DNA from: Octopus vulgaris
Lineage: Eukaryota
Direction of reading: 5' to 3'
Length of the DNA stretch: 64,000 nt
NCBI GenBank assembly: GCA_951406725.2
Contig: OX597833.1
Span: 45,260,001 to 45,324,000 of the forward strand
Part shown: in pieces, positions 1-12,012 of the stretch
Layout: every line of letters begins with the position of its first letter
Position numbering within the stretch: the first letter of the stretch is position 1
Translations under genes and position numbers: made by a program
The notes under the pieces: model-generated
The model's database searches: none
What the model saw: the letters and a program-made list of their open reading frames with translations, nothing else
What the model was told of the DNA's origin: nothing

Positions 1-201
1 AACTCTTAGTGTGAAAAAATGTTTCCTAAAGTCATGGGAGCTGTGCTGTTTTCTGACTTTGTAAATATGTCCACGGGTGTGTGATGGGTGGAGTTTGAAA
101 AGGTGCTCAGAGTTATTGTTTGTAAGATGGTTAATAATTTTATGGGTGTCTGCCAAGTCAGCTGCCAGACGTCAGAGTTTCAATGTGTCCATGCCCAGGG
201 A
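1..201 (-). mobile_element. CR1-type LINE ORF2 C-terminal fragment (degenerate)
   Basis: Minus strand reads SLGMDTLKL*RLAADLADTHKII...TRGHIYKV...RKHFFTLRV, the typical CR1 end motif. Confidence 0.75.
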
Positions 202-367
202 ATCCATGACTAATTGAAAACAATGTGAATAAACAAATGTTATATTTGACAGGGAAATCTGAATACTAAAGGGTCGAGATGTAGAACCCTCTGTGCTTAG
301 TTTCTAATTATCTGTTTATTGTTTTCACTTAAATAACAGTATATTCTCTGCAAATTTTGTTTTCCAG

Positions 368-564
368 TCACAATAAAGAAATGTATATTCACCATGAAGT
401 GCAAGCGAAATTCAGCCGACCAGACTATAGTCCAAAGAACTTTGCCAAAAGTGAACTAGTCCTAGCAAAACCAAATAAGGATCAACAGTCTACACAATGT
501 GCAGAGAAACCTGTTCTGTTAACACTCGCAGAAAGAAAGAAGCAACAATGGTTAAAAGAGAAAG
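368..564 (+). CDS. CCDC66: CCDC66-like exon (1st in window): HNKEMY...LTLAERKKQQWLKEK
   Basis: Acceptor ttttgttttccag, donor AAAG|gtattg; phase 1 matches the next exon. Confidence 0.75.
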
Positions 565-721
565 GTATTGCTCTTTTTTACTGTGTGGCACCTTGGGCAA
601 ATGTCTCCTACTTACTACAGCCTTGGCCTACCAAAGCCTTGTGAGTGGATTTAGTAGACGGAAACTGAAAGAGGCCTGTCATGTATGTATGTGTGTATGT
701 ATGTATCTCTCTCTCTCTTTT

Positions 722-933
722 ATCTCTCTTTTACTTGTTTCAGTCATTTGACTGCGGCCATGCTGGAGCACCACCTTTAGTCAAGCAAATCAACCCCGGG
801 ACTTATTCTTTGTAAGCCTAGTACCTATTCTATCAGTCACTTTTTGCCGAACCGCTAAGTGACGGGGACGTAAGCACACCAGCATTGGTTGTCAAGCAAT
901 GCTAGGGGAAAAAATACAGACACACAAACACAT

Positions 934-996
<63 letters not shown>

Positions 997-1168
997 CATA
1001 TATACGACAGGCTTCTCTCAGTTTCCGTCTACCAAATCCACTCACAAGGCATTGGTCGGCCCGGGGCTATAGCAGAAGACACTTGCCCAAGATTCCACGC
1101 AGTGGGACTGAACCCAGAACTATGTAGTTGGTTAGCAAGCTACTTACCACACAGCCACTCCTGCGCCT
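722..1168 (-). mobile_element. tRNA-derived SINE family A (about 400-450 bp, internal CA/TA microsatellite)
   Basis: Head AGGCGCAGGAGTGGCTGTGTGG...GGTTCAGTTCC/CCC (pol III A/B boxes), then a (C/T)CTTGGGCAAGT core-like segment. Other copies: (-)15358-15763, (+)20413-20830, (-)22580-23246, (+)24647-25043, (+)25641-26030, (-)26745-27142, (+)35016-35428, (-)41148-41529, (+)45468-45962, (-)58695-59138, (-)59210-59652, plus fragments. Confidence 0.9.
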
Positions 1169-1209
1169 ATGTCTGTATGTATGTATGTATGTTGTTGTTG
1201 TTGTCTTCC

Positions 1210-1687
1210 TCTTCTTCTTCCAATCAGGACTCACGCCATTAGCCACCTCTAATTTGAGCCTACTGTAAGTTACTAAGAATGTGTGTGGCAACTTGAAGAT
1301 CCACCCACCACACGCGATAGACTGGTGGTTGCATGGGTGCAAAAGCTACGTTGTTATCCTCATTCCATAAATGGTGGTTTTTAACGGGTGGAGAGCTGAA
1401 CCATCCTGGGGTACAGAGGATTCGCAATCTAGATTAGGATCTGAAAATTTACCACACCACAGTGGGTTACACCATGGTTCCTCTGCTTTGTGACAGAAGT
1501 AGGAAGATAGAGTGAGAGAAAGTTGTGGTGAAAGAGTACAGCGGGGTTCCTCCCCCACCCACCGCCGGAGCCTCATGGAGCTTAGGTGTTTTTGCTCAAT
1601 AAACACTCACAAAGCCCGGTCTGGGAATCGAAACCGCGTTCTTACGATCGCAAGTTCGCTGCCCTAACCACTGGGCCATTGTGCCTC
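1210..1687 (-). mobile_element. tRNA-derived SINE family D, variant with (GAA)n tail
   Basis: Head GGAGGC(A/G)CAATGGCCCAGTGGTTAGGGCAGCG...GGTTTCGATTCCC; near-identical inverse copy at 44524-45070. Confidence 0.85.
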
Positions 1688-1734
1688 TACTGTTGTTGTT
1701 GTTGCTGTTGCTGCTTGTTTGTTTGTTTTTTTGT

Positions 1735-2095
1735 TGAGCGAAGCGGTCTTCGTCCGTAGTGGGAGAAGTCCGATACGTGGTCCTTTGCTATTTGTAAGAC
1801 CCGCAGAAGAGAAAGCAAGTCAACCCCCGACACCGAGAGCATCGACGGATGGATGAATGTGCATCCAGGCTCGGCGGCTACGAAGGAAATTGGGGGACCA
1901 GAAACTGGAAGAAAGGGTGCGAGAAAGTTGGAGCGAAAGAGTACAATAGGGGTCGCCACCAGCCCCTGCCGGAGCCTCGTGGAGCTTTTAGGTGTTTTCC
2001 CTCAATAAACACACACTACGCCCGGTCTGGGAATCGAAACCATGATCCTCCGACTGCAAGTCCGCTGCCCTAACCACTGGGCCATTGTGCCTCCA
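1735..2095 (-). mobile_element. SINE family D, different 3' body
   Basis: Same tRNA head and core as 1500-1687 but an unrelated 3' half. Confidence 0.75.
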
Positions 2096-2569
2096 CTTCT
2101 GTTGCTGCTGCTGTTATTGTTGTTGTTCCTGTAGCAACAGGAGACATTTCCTAATGCTAAATGTGTAGCTCTGTGATAGGAGTGGAACTCATTGTCAGTC
2201 AGGCAGACTGAAGAAAGTATAGTTATATGCCTTGCCCAAGTAAGCAACATGGCTGTTGCATCATGTATCAAGGGAACTCTGTTCGTCTTTGTTTGCTTGA
2301 CTGATAGACAAATAGGAGATATAAGTGGAGCACATTGTATAACATGAAATTGTGAAAATACTCTTATTATTAAAAAAAAACAATAAAAAAACCCCAAATG
2401 TTATTTTATTTTCATTACATATTTTAACACTCAGTTCATTATTTCGGTTGTTGCTTAGCCTAAGTTAGCCCCAATTCATCAGATAATTGGCATTGGAGCT
2501 GTTCTATCCCACCTTGTGTTCAGACGTGGTATTTCTCAGGGACTACATAACCCAATGTCTCCTTCTCCT

Positions 2570-2791
2570 GGCAGAGACGTTAGCACGCCGGGCGAAATGC
2601 TTGGCAGTATTTCGTCTGTCGCTACGTTCCGAGTTCAAATTCCGCCGAGGTCGACTTTGCCTTTCATCCTTTCAGGGTCGATTAAATAAGTACCAGTTAT
2701 GCACTGGGGTCGATATAATCGACTTAATCCGTTTGTCTGTCCTTGTTTGTCCCCTCTGTGTATAGCCCCTTGTGGGTAGTAAAGAAATAGG
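2570..2791 (+). mobile_element. tRNA-derived SINE family B (about 230 bp)
   Basis: GGCAGAGACGTTAGC...GAGTTCAAATTCC (B box), then GCCTTTCATCCTTTC.GGGTCGAT.AA.TAAGTACCAG (resembles the Meta-SINE central domain, from recall) and an AAAGAAATAG tail; many copies in the window. Confidence 0.85.
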
Positions 2792-3526
2792 TATACTTCT
2801 CCTTTTCTTAAATGGGTAGAATGTGATCTGATTGGCAGCTATTTCTAATAGGCTGGGCAAGCATATAGTAGTTGTTGTGTTAACATAAATAAGTATCTGC
2901 ACCTAACAGTAACTTTTGTTATTCCTTACTGAACACATCAGGCATAAAATGATTTGTATTGTTATTTGCAGATAAGTCATAATGGGGGCATTTAACCCTT
3001 CAGCATTTAAACAGGCCCCGTCTGGTCGAGAGGCGGTCACGACACGGAAACATGTATCTGGCCCATGTTATCATTATCCAAAGTGTCCTTCACTATTTTA
3101 TGACAGTAAAGTAAAATTCAAGAGAGATTTCACTGCTACTTCTAGCAAGTCAAGTAACCACAAAGAGACTCCATCATTTTCATTGATATTTTCACAAAAC
3201 CCACTGGTTGTGTTTTGGTGCTTATTGCAAGCTTCTGTTATATTGCTAGTATTGAAGTCTTGATGAAGCAGATCTACAATCAATGGCATTCCTACCATGA
3301 CTATCCCATCTTTTTCTTAAGTTCAGGGAACCCAGTGCCACACTGTCCAATGTGTTCTTCTCTAACCTTTTAACATTAAAATTATTCTAATTTAATACTT
3401 ATTTGTTCTACCAATTATATGTTCAAACCAATCAGATCTGGCCTGTCATACCTACCATACAATGTTACTGTAAAAATAAATAACCAGATATTATAGTTTG
3501 CTTGAAGCATTGTATATGGAATATAA

Positions 3527-4133
3527 CATTGAAAGATTTAAAAGGCCAAACAATACAAATAGGTTTTAAGATGAGATAACGTAGACTAAATGTGAGTTAC
3601 CTGGTAATCTTTGGTCATATATGTATCCAATATTTTGGGATATAGAAGTCCCTTCTTCAGGGTTAAAAAGGAACTGCCCTTGGAAAGGTGTTTTTTGTTG
3701 GAGATAAAATAATTCTCTGATTACATTTGAATTTTCAAGCGTTTCTCTTCTTCATGAATGTTAGTGACGTCAGTTATTAACTTATCACTCCACAAATCAA
3801 TTTTCATCACCTCTTTTGTAATATGCAGGCAATACATAACATGGCATTAATGCACAAGCACATTTGCTGCAAATTACAGAAGAGGTGATGAAAATTAACA
3901 TTCATGAAAAAGAGAAACACTTGAAAATTCAAATATAATCAGAGAATTATTTTATTTCCGACAAAAAACATCTTTCCAAGGATAGTTTCTTTTTAACCCT
4001 AAAGAAGGGACTTGTATGTCCCGAAATATTGGATACATATACAACCAAAGATTACCAGGTAATTTACTTTTAGTTTATGTTCCCTCATCTTAAAACCTAT
4101 TTGCATTGTTTGGCCTTTAACATTTTTCAACAT
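3527..4133. repeat. About 600-bp imperfect inverted repeat with a hammerhead-like motif in each arm
   Basis: 3527-3830 is the reverse complement of about 3865-4133; motifs at 3627-3664(-) and 3995-4032(+). Confidence 0.85.
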
Positions 4134-4289
4134 TATAAATAAATAATCATATCTTCAAAATCTCAAAGCCACAAGATAATGCTTGATTCATTCAAAACAG
4201 TGTAAATGAATAAATATTATGGTTGACTGATTAATATGAATGATAAAGGATTAAATATTTTGTTTTCTAATTTCTTAAATATTTTTCAG

Positions 4290-4396
4290 CTGAACAAATA
4301 ACTCCATATGACCCCTGGGGCAGACCTGGTGCCGGAGCTCCAAAAGTTAATCCGAAAGGTCAAATTATAACATCATACAAAAATACTACAGTCCAG
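4290..4396 (+). CDS. CCDC66: CCDC66-like exon 2: AEQITPYDPWGRPGAGAPKVNPKGQIITSYKNTTVQ
   Basis: atttttcag|...CAG|gtaaat; carries the PWGRPGAGAP motif of the CCDC66/CSPP1 group. Confidence 0.85.
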
Positions 4397-4859
4397 GTAA
4401 ATGATATTTGTTGTGACAATAATTAACGAGCTTTTCTGTTACAGGTACAAGGCCTAACATTTTGTGGGTAGGAAGTTAGTTAGTTATATCAACCCCATAG
4501 CTAAGATGTGCAATCTCCTCCACCATGCTACTTCTAACACTACTACAATAGCCTCAGTACCTTGGATCTAGCCGATCTTGTATCATTGTCACACAGAAAC
4601 ACCCAACTCAGGCTTCTTTCCTAATCTCATTACTCATGTTTTGTCCTTTCTCCAGGCCTCTGCATCAGTTACTTTATCTAACCTTTCCTCCTCAAAATGT
4701 AACTCCTTTGGAATTTTCTTCCAGTTTATTATTTGCTTGAACACTCAACATCTGATAAGAATTGTAGTAGTGTGATCATGACATATTGTACACTAATCTT
4801 TTCCATTTGTTGTCCAACACTGTCCATTTCTTTTTCCCCAGCACCATCTGAGCATGATC

Positions 4860-5275
4860 ATTGCCAGAGCAGCTAACTGGCTTCCGTGCTGGTGGCACAT
4901 AAAAAGCACCATTCGAGTGTGATTGCTACCAGCGTTGCCTTATGGGCACTTGTACCGGTGGCACGTGAAAAAACATTTGAGTGAGGTCATTGCCAGTGCC
5001 GCTGGACTGGCTTCTGTGCAGGTGGCACATAAAAAACACCATTTGAGCATGGCCGTTGCCAGTACCGCCTGACTGGCCCTCGTGCCGGTGGCACATAAAA
5101 GCACCCGCTCTCGAAGTGGTTGGCGTTAGGAAAGGCATCCAGCTGTAGAAACTCTGCCAGATCAAGATTGGAGCCTCGTGCAGCCATCTGGTTCGCCAGT
5201 CCTCAGTCAAATCGTCCAACCCATGCTAGCATGGAAAGTGGACGTTAAACGACAATGACGATGATGATGATGATG
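4860..5275 (+). mobile_element. RTE-clade LINE 3' UTR fragment with internal ~58-bp tandem units and (GAT)n tail
   Basis: ...GGTTGGCGTTAGGAAAGGCATCCAGC...ATGGAAAGTGGACGTTAAAC(GAT)n; other copies (-)10470-10797, (-)27950-28345, (+)33700-33980, (+)36328-36522, (-)43210-43350, (+)48838-49045. Confidence 0.75.
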
Positions 5276-5569
5276 TTTGCATTTCCTTCTATCCTCTGTC
5301 ACAGTTTTCTTGAAGAATGGTCTTTACAAAGCCACTGGGTCTTTTTACATGGACATAGCATTTCATCGTCCTTTTCCTCACTATGTTTTTCTTGCAATCA
5401 TCAGTTTATACTTACTCAAGAAGAAAATGATAACATTAATCTTATTGGTATTGAAAAGCCTGCAGAAACCATGGGTAGAGCTCTTTCTTCCAGACTCTAC
5501 TATTAAAAAGAATATAACACAGATATGTAAGTTCAGATCTATTACAAGTGTGCCTGTAATAGTTGAGTT

Positions 5570-5778
5570 AAGTTAAGTTAATTTTTTGGCTCAAAAAGCA
5601 AAAAGCAAGGCCATATAGGGGGACATGGAGTTATGTACAGGGTGGTGTTCATGCAAAGAGTTCAGGCCATTTGTGGTCAAGGGAGACTTTGAACCGAGCG
5701 GTTGTCGGCATCTTCACTATCTCGTCCAGCAGCTTATTCCACAGATCTGCAACCTGGACGGAGAAAGCCCCTCTCCTT
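5570..5778 (-). mobile_element. CR1-type LINE 3' end with (TAAC)n tail
   Basis: Reverse complement of about 44190-44405. Confidence 0.8.
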
Positions 5779-6431
5779 CGAACTTACTGACCAGAGAGTT
5801 GTACCTCTATATCTTATCTCCTTGATATAATTTCCACCATTGCAATGCAGTGGTAAAAATTAGCAATGTCTCCTCAGCACCATGGGGTTGCTAAGTGCTG
5901 GTGCTTAATTCCATTTCAAGATGTTGAGTAGTTGAGAAGTAAACCTAGCTCTGAACAGAACACCAGTCAGCCTCAGAGGATCTGATACTAATTTCTCTGA
6001 ATTAAATGAAATGTGAACTGAGGTACATAGAATTTAAGAGGAGTAAAATTGAGGCCAGTAACTTTGAGTGAAGCCACGTGGCTCAGTGGTTAGGGATTTA
6101 GGCTCATGATTGCAAGGTCTTGAGTTCAATTCCTGGTGGCATGTTGTATCCTTGAGCAAGACACTCTATTTCATGTTATTCCAGTCTACTCATCAACAAA
6201 TTGATGCATTGTACCTGTAATTCAAAGGGCCAGCCTTGTCACACTCTGTGTCAAGATGAATCTTCCTGAGAACTATGTTATGGGTACATGCGTGTCTGCG
6301 GAGTGCTCAGCCATCCGCGTGTTAATTTCACAAGCAGGCTGTTCCATTGACCAAATCAACTGGAACCCAATGCAGTGCCAGTGTAAGAATAGTAGTAACT
6401 TTAAGTTTTGTGCTTTTGTGATACAAATACT

Positions 6432-6778
6432 GGATCTTTTCGGTTTGAACGGCAATTTTTTCTAGCGGTGTCATATGAAATTGTCACCCATAATTATGAC
6501 CCTAGTATCGATCTATTGTATTTCAATATACTTTTAAACGAGGGACATATTCATACGGCACAGAATGTTTTCACCTCAAATAGATGTCATTGATTGGTTG
6601 AAATTGCAGAAATTGAAGAAAAAAAAAACAACAAATATCTTACAAACTATAGAATTTTCTCAATAAAGCCAAGAGAAAAAGATGTTTTATAAACACATTC
6701 TACCAGTATACGAAGTTTAAAAGTTTTTAGTTACATGGAAATTATTTTAAAATACTGCCGTTCAAACTGAAAAGATCC
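6432..6778. mobile_element. MITE with ~28-bp TIRs GGATCTTTTCGGTTTGAACGGCA (Merlin-like?)
   Basis: TIR at both ends; flanks caaatact/caaatatc; second copy at 23543-23957. Confidence 0.8.
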
Positions 6779-8199
6779 CAAATATCCCTTAGGTTGCTTC
6801 ATTTATTTATCTGTCAGACTTCAATTTTCTGTGTCTGATTTATAGCATTTTTTTTTATCTGTTATCTTTTACTGCTTGCAATCATTAGACTGCAGCCATG
6901 CTGGGGCACGCCTTGAAGAATCTTTAGTCAGATGTATTGACCCCAGCATTTATTTTTTTAAAGCCTGGTACTTATTCTATTGATCTCTTTTGCTGAACTG
7001 CTAAGTTACAAGGACGTAAACCTACCAGTACCGGTTGTCAAGTGGCAGGTAGAGGAGGGGAGAAGGACAAACACAGACAAAAAGGCGCACACACACACAC
7101 ACGTAAACACACACACACGTAAACACACACACACACATGCACACACGAGAGGCTTCTTTCAGTTTCTGTTTATCAAATTCATTCAAAACTCTTTCGTTGA
7201 CATGAGGCTATAGTAGAAGACACTTGCCCAAAGTACTACACACTGGTACTGAACTCTGAATCACGTGGTTGGGAATCAAGCTTCTTATCACACTGCCGTA
7301 CCTATTTGATGGTATAAATGATGTACAAGCATATTAGATGTACTACAATTTCTGCAGTGCATATTTGAGAAAAAATTTTTTAGTGCATATGGGGGAAAAA
7401 AATTGGTTTATGGGAAGAACCAAATTTGCATATAGGACCCAGGGTGAATTTTTGAGACATTGTTTTTGAAAAAAATATGCGTCTCTTATACTCCATCAAA
7501 TATGGTACTATGAAAAGATGGTCTATGATCTGATAGTAGACAACTATATATCAATATAGTATGTATTTCAGTAAGACTTGAAGGAATGATACATTTGTAC
7601 TCAAATCCTGATAAAAAATTTAAAAAAAACTTCTGTGGAAGATGACGATCATTCTGTGGGGATGAGGAGATATTTCTGTCATGTGATTGTTACTATGGAG
7701 ACTATAATAAGCTTCTATTTTGTTTTCCAATTTGAAATTTCCTGTTTGAAATTAGGGTGGTGAGCCGACAGAATCATTAGCACACTGGTCAAAATGCTTG
7801 GTGGCATTTTGTCTTGCAATGTTCTGAGTTCAAATTCTGTCATGGTTGACCTTAGCTTTCAACTTCTTGTGATTGATAATATAAGGGCTGGTTGAACACC
7901 GAGGTCAATTTTTTATTGACTGACCCACTCCCCCTAGAATTGCTGGCCTTGTGCCAAAATTTGAAATCAATATTCAGACAGAAATGAAAACTGTCTAAAA
8001 GTTTCAGCTAGGTTGTTGTTAATAAGACTATAATTTTGTGGGTCTCTTATTTACTTCTAGATCACATTTTGATTGGAGATCGGACTAATGAAAATGTGGT
8101 GCTGATGTAAATGTTGGGAAAAAAGAGACTTCTACTTTTAGGAAATGGAAAAGTTCTAACTAAGCACATGTTCACTCATATTCCTCTCCAATTCCACAG

Positions 8200-8457
8200 A
8201 GTAATGAACTTGAAGATAACCTAACTCGAAGAGAGATGACATCTGAGAAAAGTGGTCAACAAGCAGGCTTTGATGAGAAAATAACTGGAGAAAGAAGTGA
8301 AGCTACTACTACTGCCACCACCACCACCACCAACACCACCACTACCACTGCTACTAACAATGAAGGGGTTGCATCTAATCCTGGTGATACTTATAACAGA
8401 AGGAAAATGTCACAGCAGCCTTTACTTGCTGCCATGAGAGATAGTTTGTTTATTGGA
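8200..8457 (+). CDS. CCDC66: CCDC66-like exon 3: SNELEDN...poly-Thr...AAMRDSLFIG
   Basis: ttccacag|AGT...GGA|gtaagt; 258 nt, phase 0-0. Confidence 0.8.
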
Positions 8458-8529
8458 GTAAGTAATGTATTTTCTTGTATCAATAACTGCCTGATTGGGG
8501 TAGAGAATTTGGTAAGAATGGAATACTTA

Positions 8530-9195
8530 AAAGGTGGCGAGCTGGCAGAAACATTAGCACGCTGGGTGAAATGCCCAGCCGTATTTCGTCTGCCGTTACA
8601 TTCTGAGTTCAAATTCCACCGAGGTCAACTTTACCTTTCATCCTTTCGGGGTCAATAAATTAAGTACCAGTTACACACTGGGGTCGATGTATTCGACTTA
8701 ATCCGTTTGTCTGTCCTTGTTTGTCCCCTCTATGTTTAGCCCCTTGTGGGCAATAAAGAAATAAGAAACGTTAGCATACTGGGCAAAATGCTTAGCGGTA
8801 TTTCGTCTGCTGCTACGTTCTGAGTTCAAATTCCACCGAGGTCGACTTTACCTTTCATCCTTTCAGGGTCAATAAATTAAGTACCAGTTTTGCACTGGGG
8901 TTGATGTAATCGACTTAATCCCTTTGTCTATCCTTGTTTGTCCCCTCTGTGTTTAGCCCCTTGTGGGCAATAAAGAAATAAGAAACATTAGCATACTGGG
9001 CAAAATGCTTAGCGGTATTTCATCTGCCATTATGTTCTGAGTTCAAATTCCGCTGAGGTCAACTTTGCCTTTCATCCTTTCAGGGTCGATAAATTAAGTA
9101 CCATTTACGCACTGGGGTTGATGTATTCGACTTAATCCCTTTGTCTATCCTTGTTTATCCCCTCTGTGTTTAGCCCCTTGTGGGCAATAAAAAAA
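8530..9195 (+). mobile_element. Head-to-tail trimer of SINE B under a single 17-bp TSD
   Basis: TAAGAATGGAATACTTA at 8513-8529 and 9196-9212; internal junctions AAGAAATAAGAAAC(G/A)TTAGC. Confidence 0.88.
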
Positions 9196-9756
9196 TAAGA
9201 ATGGAATACTTAGGCTGGTACAATTGATTAGGCTTGAGAACTCATAGACTAAACAGCTTGATTAAACTGTAGAACTGGGAATGGAGTACTTAGGCTGGTG
9301 TACATAGTTAGGCTAGAACTTAAACTAGACAGCTTGGGGAGACTAGAGTGCTCGATTAGATTAGAGATCCTTGTTAAACTGAATAACTTAGACTGGAGAA
9401 CTTGATTAGGCTGAAAAATTTGGCTACACTGACAAGGTGCAGTCTTAAAGTCCTGCAATTAAATCTTAACAGCGTTGACTTTCAACGTTTTAAGGGTTTA
9501 TTTTTGTTTTGTTTTGATTTTTCTACTTCACCCATTTTAAATCTAACATTGAATGTATATTTTAGTTTATGTATCTCTAAAATATAACTAGAGAAGTTGT
9601 GTGTTTATCATAGCTTATTTGTCTGCACATACAATTTCCCAGCAATGTATATAGCTTGCCATTTATAGCTGAAAAGAAGGTTGGTGAATAACGGGATGCT
9701 GAACTATATACTGAAAGGTCAAAATATAGTAGATGGAAACTGTATAGAAGTATGTC

Positions 9757-9806
<50 letters not shown>

Positions 9807-9966
9807 CAAATAAGAAAATAGAGAAGCACATTAGTTGGTTCATTAGCTTTAGGATATTAGAATGTTATCAAAACGACAATCATAATAACATACATACATA
9901 TAGTGTATTATTCAATGCATATAAGATTAGAATACAAGCAGTTAATAAAAAACATGAATATGAATT

Positions 9967-10164
9967 GACCTCATGTGTACCGTTGGCGATTTTTTTCCCT
10001 CTGTTTTCCCTTCTCTGGATCTTTCCTTCTCCTATGTTTCCGACGAAGAGCTCCGCTCGAAACGTTAAACCCTCCTTCTTTCCTTCTTTCCTGAGCATCC
10101 AATAATACTATATTTGTTCCGCGTCCTCGCGTTGTTGTGTTTTTTTGTGCTTTCTTGTTTGGAT

Positions 10165-10170
<6 letters not shown>
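9967..10170 (+). mobile_element. About 200-bp non-coding element with a hammerhead-like motif (Penelope-pLTR-like); copies at 13138-13345 and 18066-18275
   Basis: Three near-identical copies, each ending in (TA)n; motif GTTT-C(C/T)GACGA-A-GAGC-TCC-GCTC-GAAAC-GTT-AAAC. Confidence 0.75.
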
Positions 10171-10221
<51 letters not shown>

Positions 10222-10232
10222 ATATACATATA

Positions 10233-10286
<54 letters not shown>

Positions 10287-10818
10287 CAAGAACAACATGC
10301 CAAAGAGAACTCAGTATATCTTTCTTTACACCAAGCACCTGAAGTGACATATCCTGCACTGATTGATGCAACACAACTAGATGCACAATATCCTACCCCT
10401 AAGGGACACCTGCAGGATGGGTTGAAATGATCATTGTGCTGAATAAAGATTTGTATATATATATATATATCATCATCATCATCATCATCATCATCGTTTA
10501 ACGTCCGTTCTCCATGCTAGCATGGGTTGGACGGTTCGACCTGGGATCTGGGAAGCCAGAAGGCTGCATCAGGCTCCGGACTTATCTGGCAATGTTTCTA
10601 CAGCTGGATGCCCTTCCTAATGCTAACCACTCCGTGAGTGTAGTGGGTGCTTTTTACGTGCCACCTGCACTGGTGCCAGGTGAGGCTGGCATCGGCCATG
10701 GTTGGATTGGTGCATTTTACGTGCCACCTGCACGGAAGCCAGTCGAGGCGGCACTGGCTTCGGCCACGATTCGGATGGTGCTTTTTACGTGCCACCGATA
10801 TATATATATATATATATA

Positions 10819-10877
<59 letters not shown>

Positions 10878-10967
10878 ATTAGGGAATATCAATTCCAGTG
10901 CCACAGGAATGAGACATTCAAATTAAAAAAATTGAATTACTCTCAATAATTAATTCATATATATCAA

Positions 10968-11233
10968 AATATTGTTTGAGATAGAAACACCCACAACTTC
11001 ATCAACTCCAAATGATATTTACACAACCAAGCCATAAAATGTTAAATAATATACTTAGTATTTATATTCATGATCCCAATACCATACGAACCCTCATGAA
11101 ACATGTGTAGTCCGTAATATGAAAACTTGGGATTTTGAATATAAATAGTAAGTTTATTATTTAATATTTTATTTATGGCTTGGTTGAGTTAGTATCGTTT
11201 GGAGTTGATGAAGTTGTGGGTGCTTCAATCTCT

Positions 11234-11240
<7 letters not shown>
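10968..11240. repeat. About 270-bp foldback (inverted repeat) next to (TA)n
   Basis: aatattgtttgagatagaaacacccacaacttcatcaactccaaa vs tttggagttgatgaagttgtgggtgcttcaatctctaacaatat. Confidence 0.75.
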
Positions 11241-11280
<40 letters not shown>

Positions 11281-11283
<3 letters not shown>

Positions 11284-12012
11284 TAAGCAATAAAGGGTTT
11301 AGCAACGAATTGCCTTACCACAGACCGAATTTAGAAATAGCAGTCAAAGAGTTTTAGCTATTTCTTCTACTAAAAAGGGAGATCTCAGTAAAAAACACAG
11401 CAATTGGAAGGCAGACACAAACAGGTAAGAGAGAATGAATTGACGGCAATCTATCATACAATTTTAAGTTATCTACGGACGCACGTTTCGAAATCAAGTT
11501 TTTAGGAAAGCATGAGAATTAAATATTAGATAATTCTACGTTACCCAAACTTCTTTTCTCTTCAGCGTAGAATACTATAATCATAAGTGATTATATATTG
11601 AATTTTGAGATACTAGAAGGCACCAACTCAACTCAGTATCAGAGCGAGCTAGAATCCGCAACTAGTATCACCAAACTCAACGTGTGAATGAAAGGATTGT
11701 GTCACCAGCCCCTTCCCACCCGCGTGTAGCCAAAACAAGATGCTATGGTCATCTACTGAGATAAAATATGGTTATCCGTAATAATGAAGGGTGAAATTAA
11801 TTAATTTGGAATAATTATCAATTACACCAAGTAGTCTTCGGCATGTAAAAGCCTCATTCGAGGAAAATTTAAGTAATACTAAGCAATAAAGGGTTTAGCA
11901 ACGAATTGCCTTACCACAGACCGAATTTAGAAATAGCAGTCAAAGAGTTTTAGCTATTTCTTCTACTAAAAAGGGAGATCTCGAGGCTTTTACATGCCGA
12001 AGACTACTTGGT
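11281..12012 (-). mobile_element. Penelope-like non-autonomous element: 106-bp direct terminal repeats, 30-bp inverted segment, internal hammerhead, inserted in (TA)n
   Basis: 11281-11386 equals 11877-11982; 11983-12012 is the reverse complement of 11826-11855; (TA)n on both sides. Confidence 0.7.
11472..11571 (-). ncRNA. Type-I hammerhead ribozyme motif (intact core, GUC site)
   Basis: Minus strand: UCUACG-CUGAAGA-GAAA...(long stem II)...UUUC-GAAAC-GUGC-GUC|CGUAGA. Confidence 0.7.

Noticed and set aside
4290-4396. CSPP1 as the gene identity
   Set aside because: The PWG..G.GAP motif is shared, but the GHDT, FVPF.RT..LDP and C-terminal LK.LS.LR motifs fit CCDC66 better (by recall; reciprocal BLAST would settle it)
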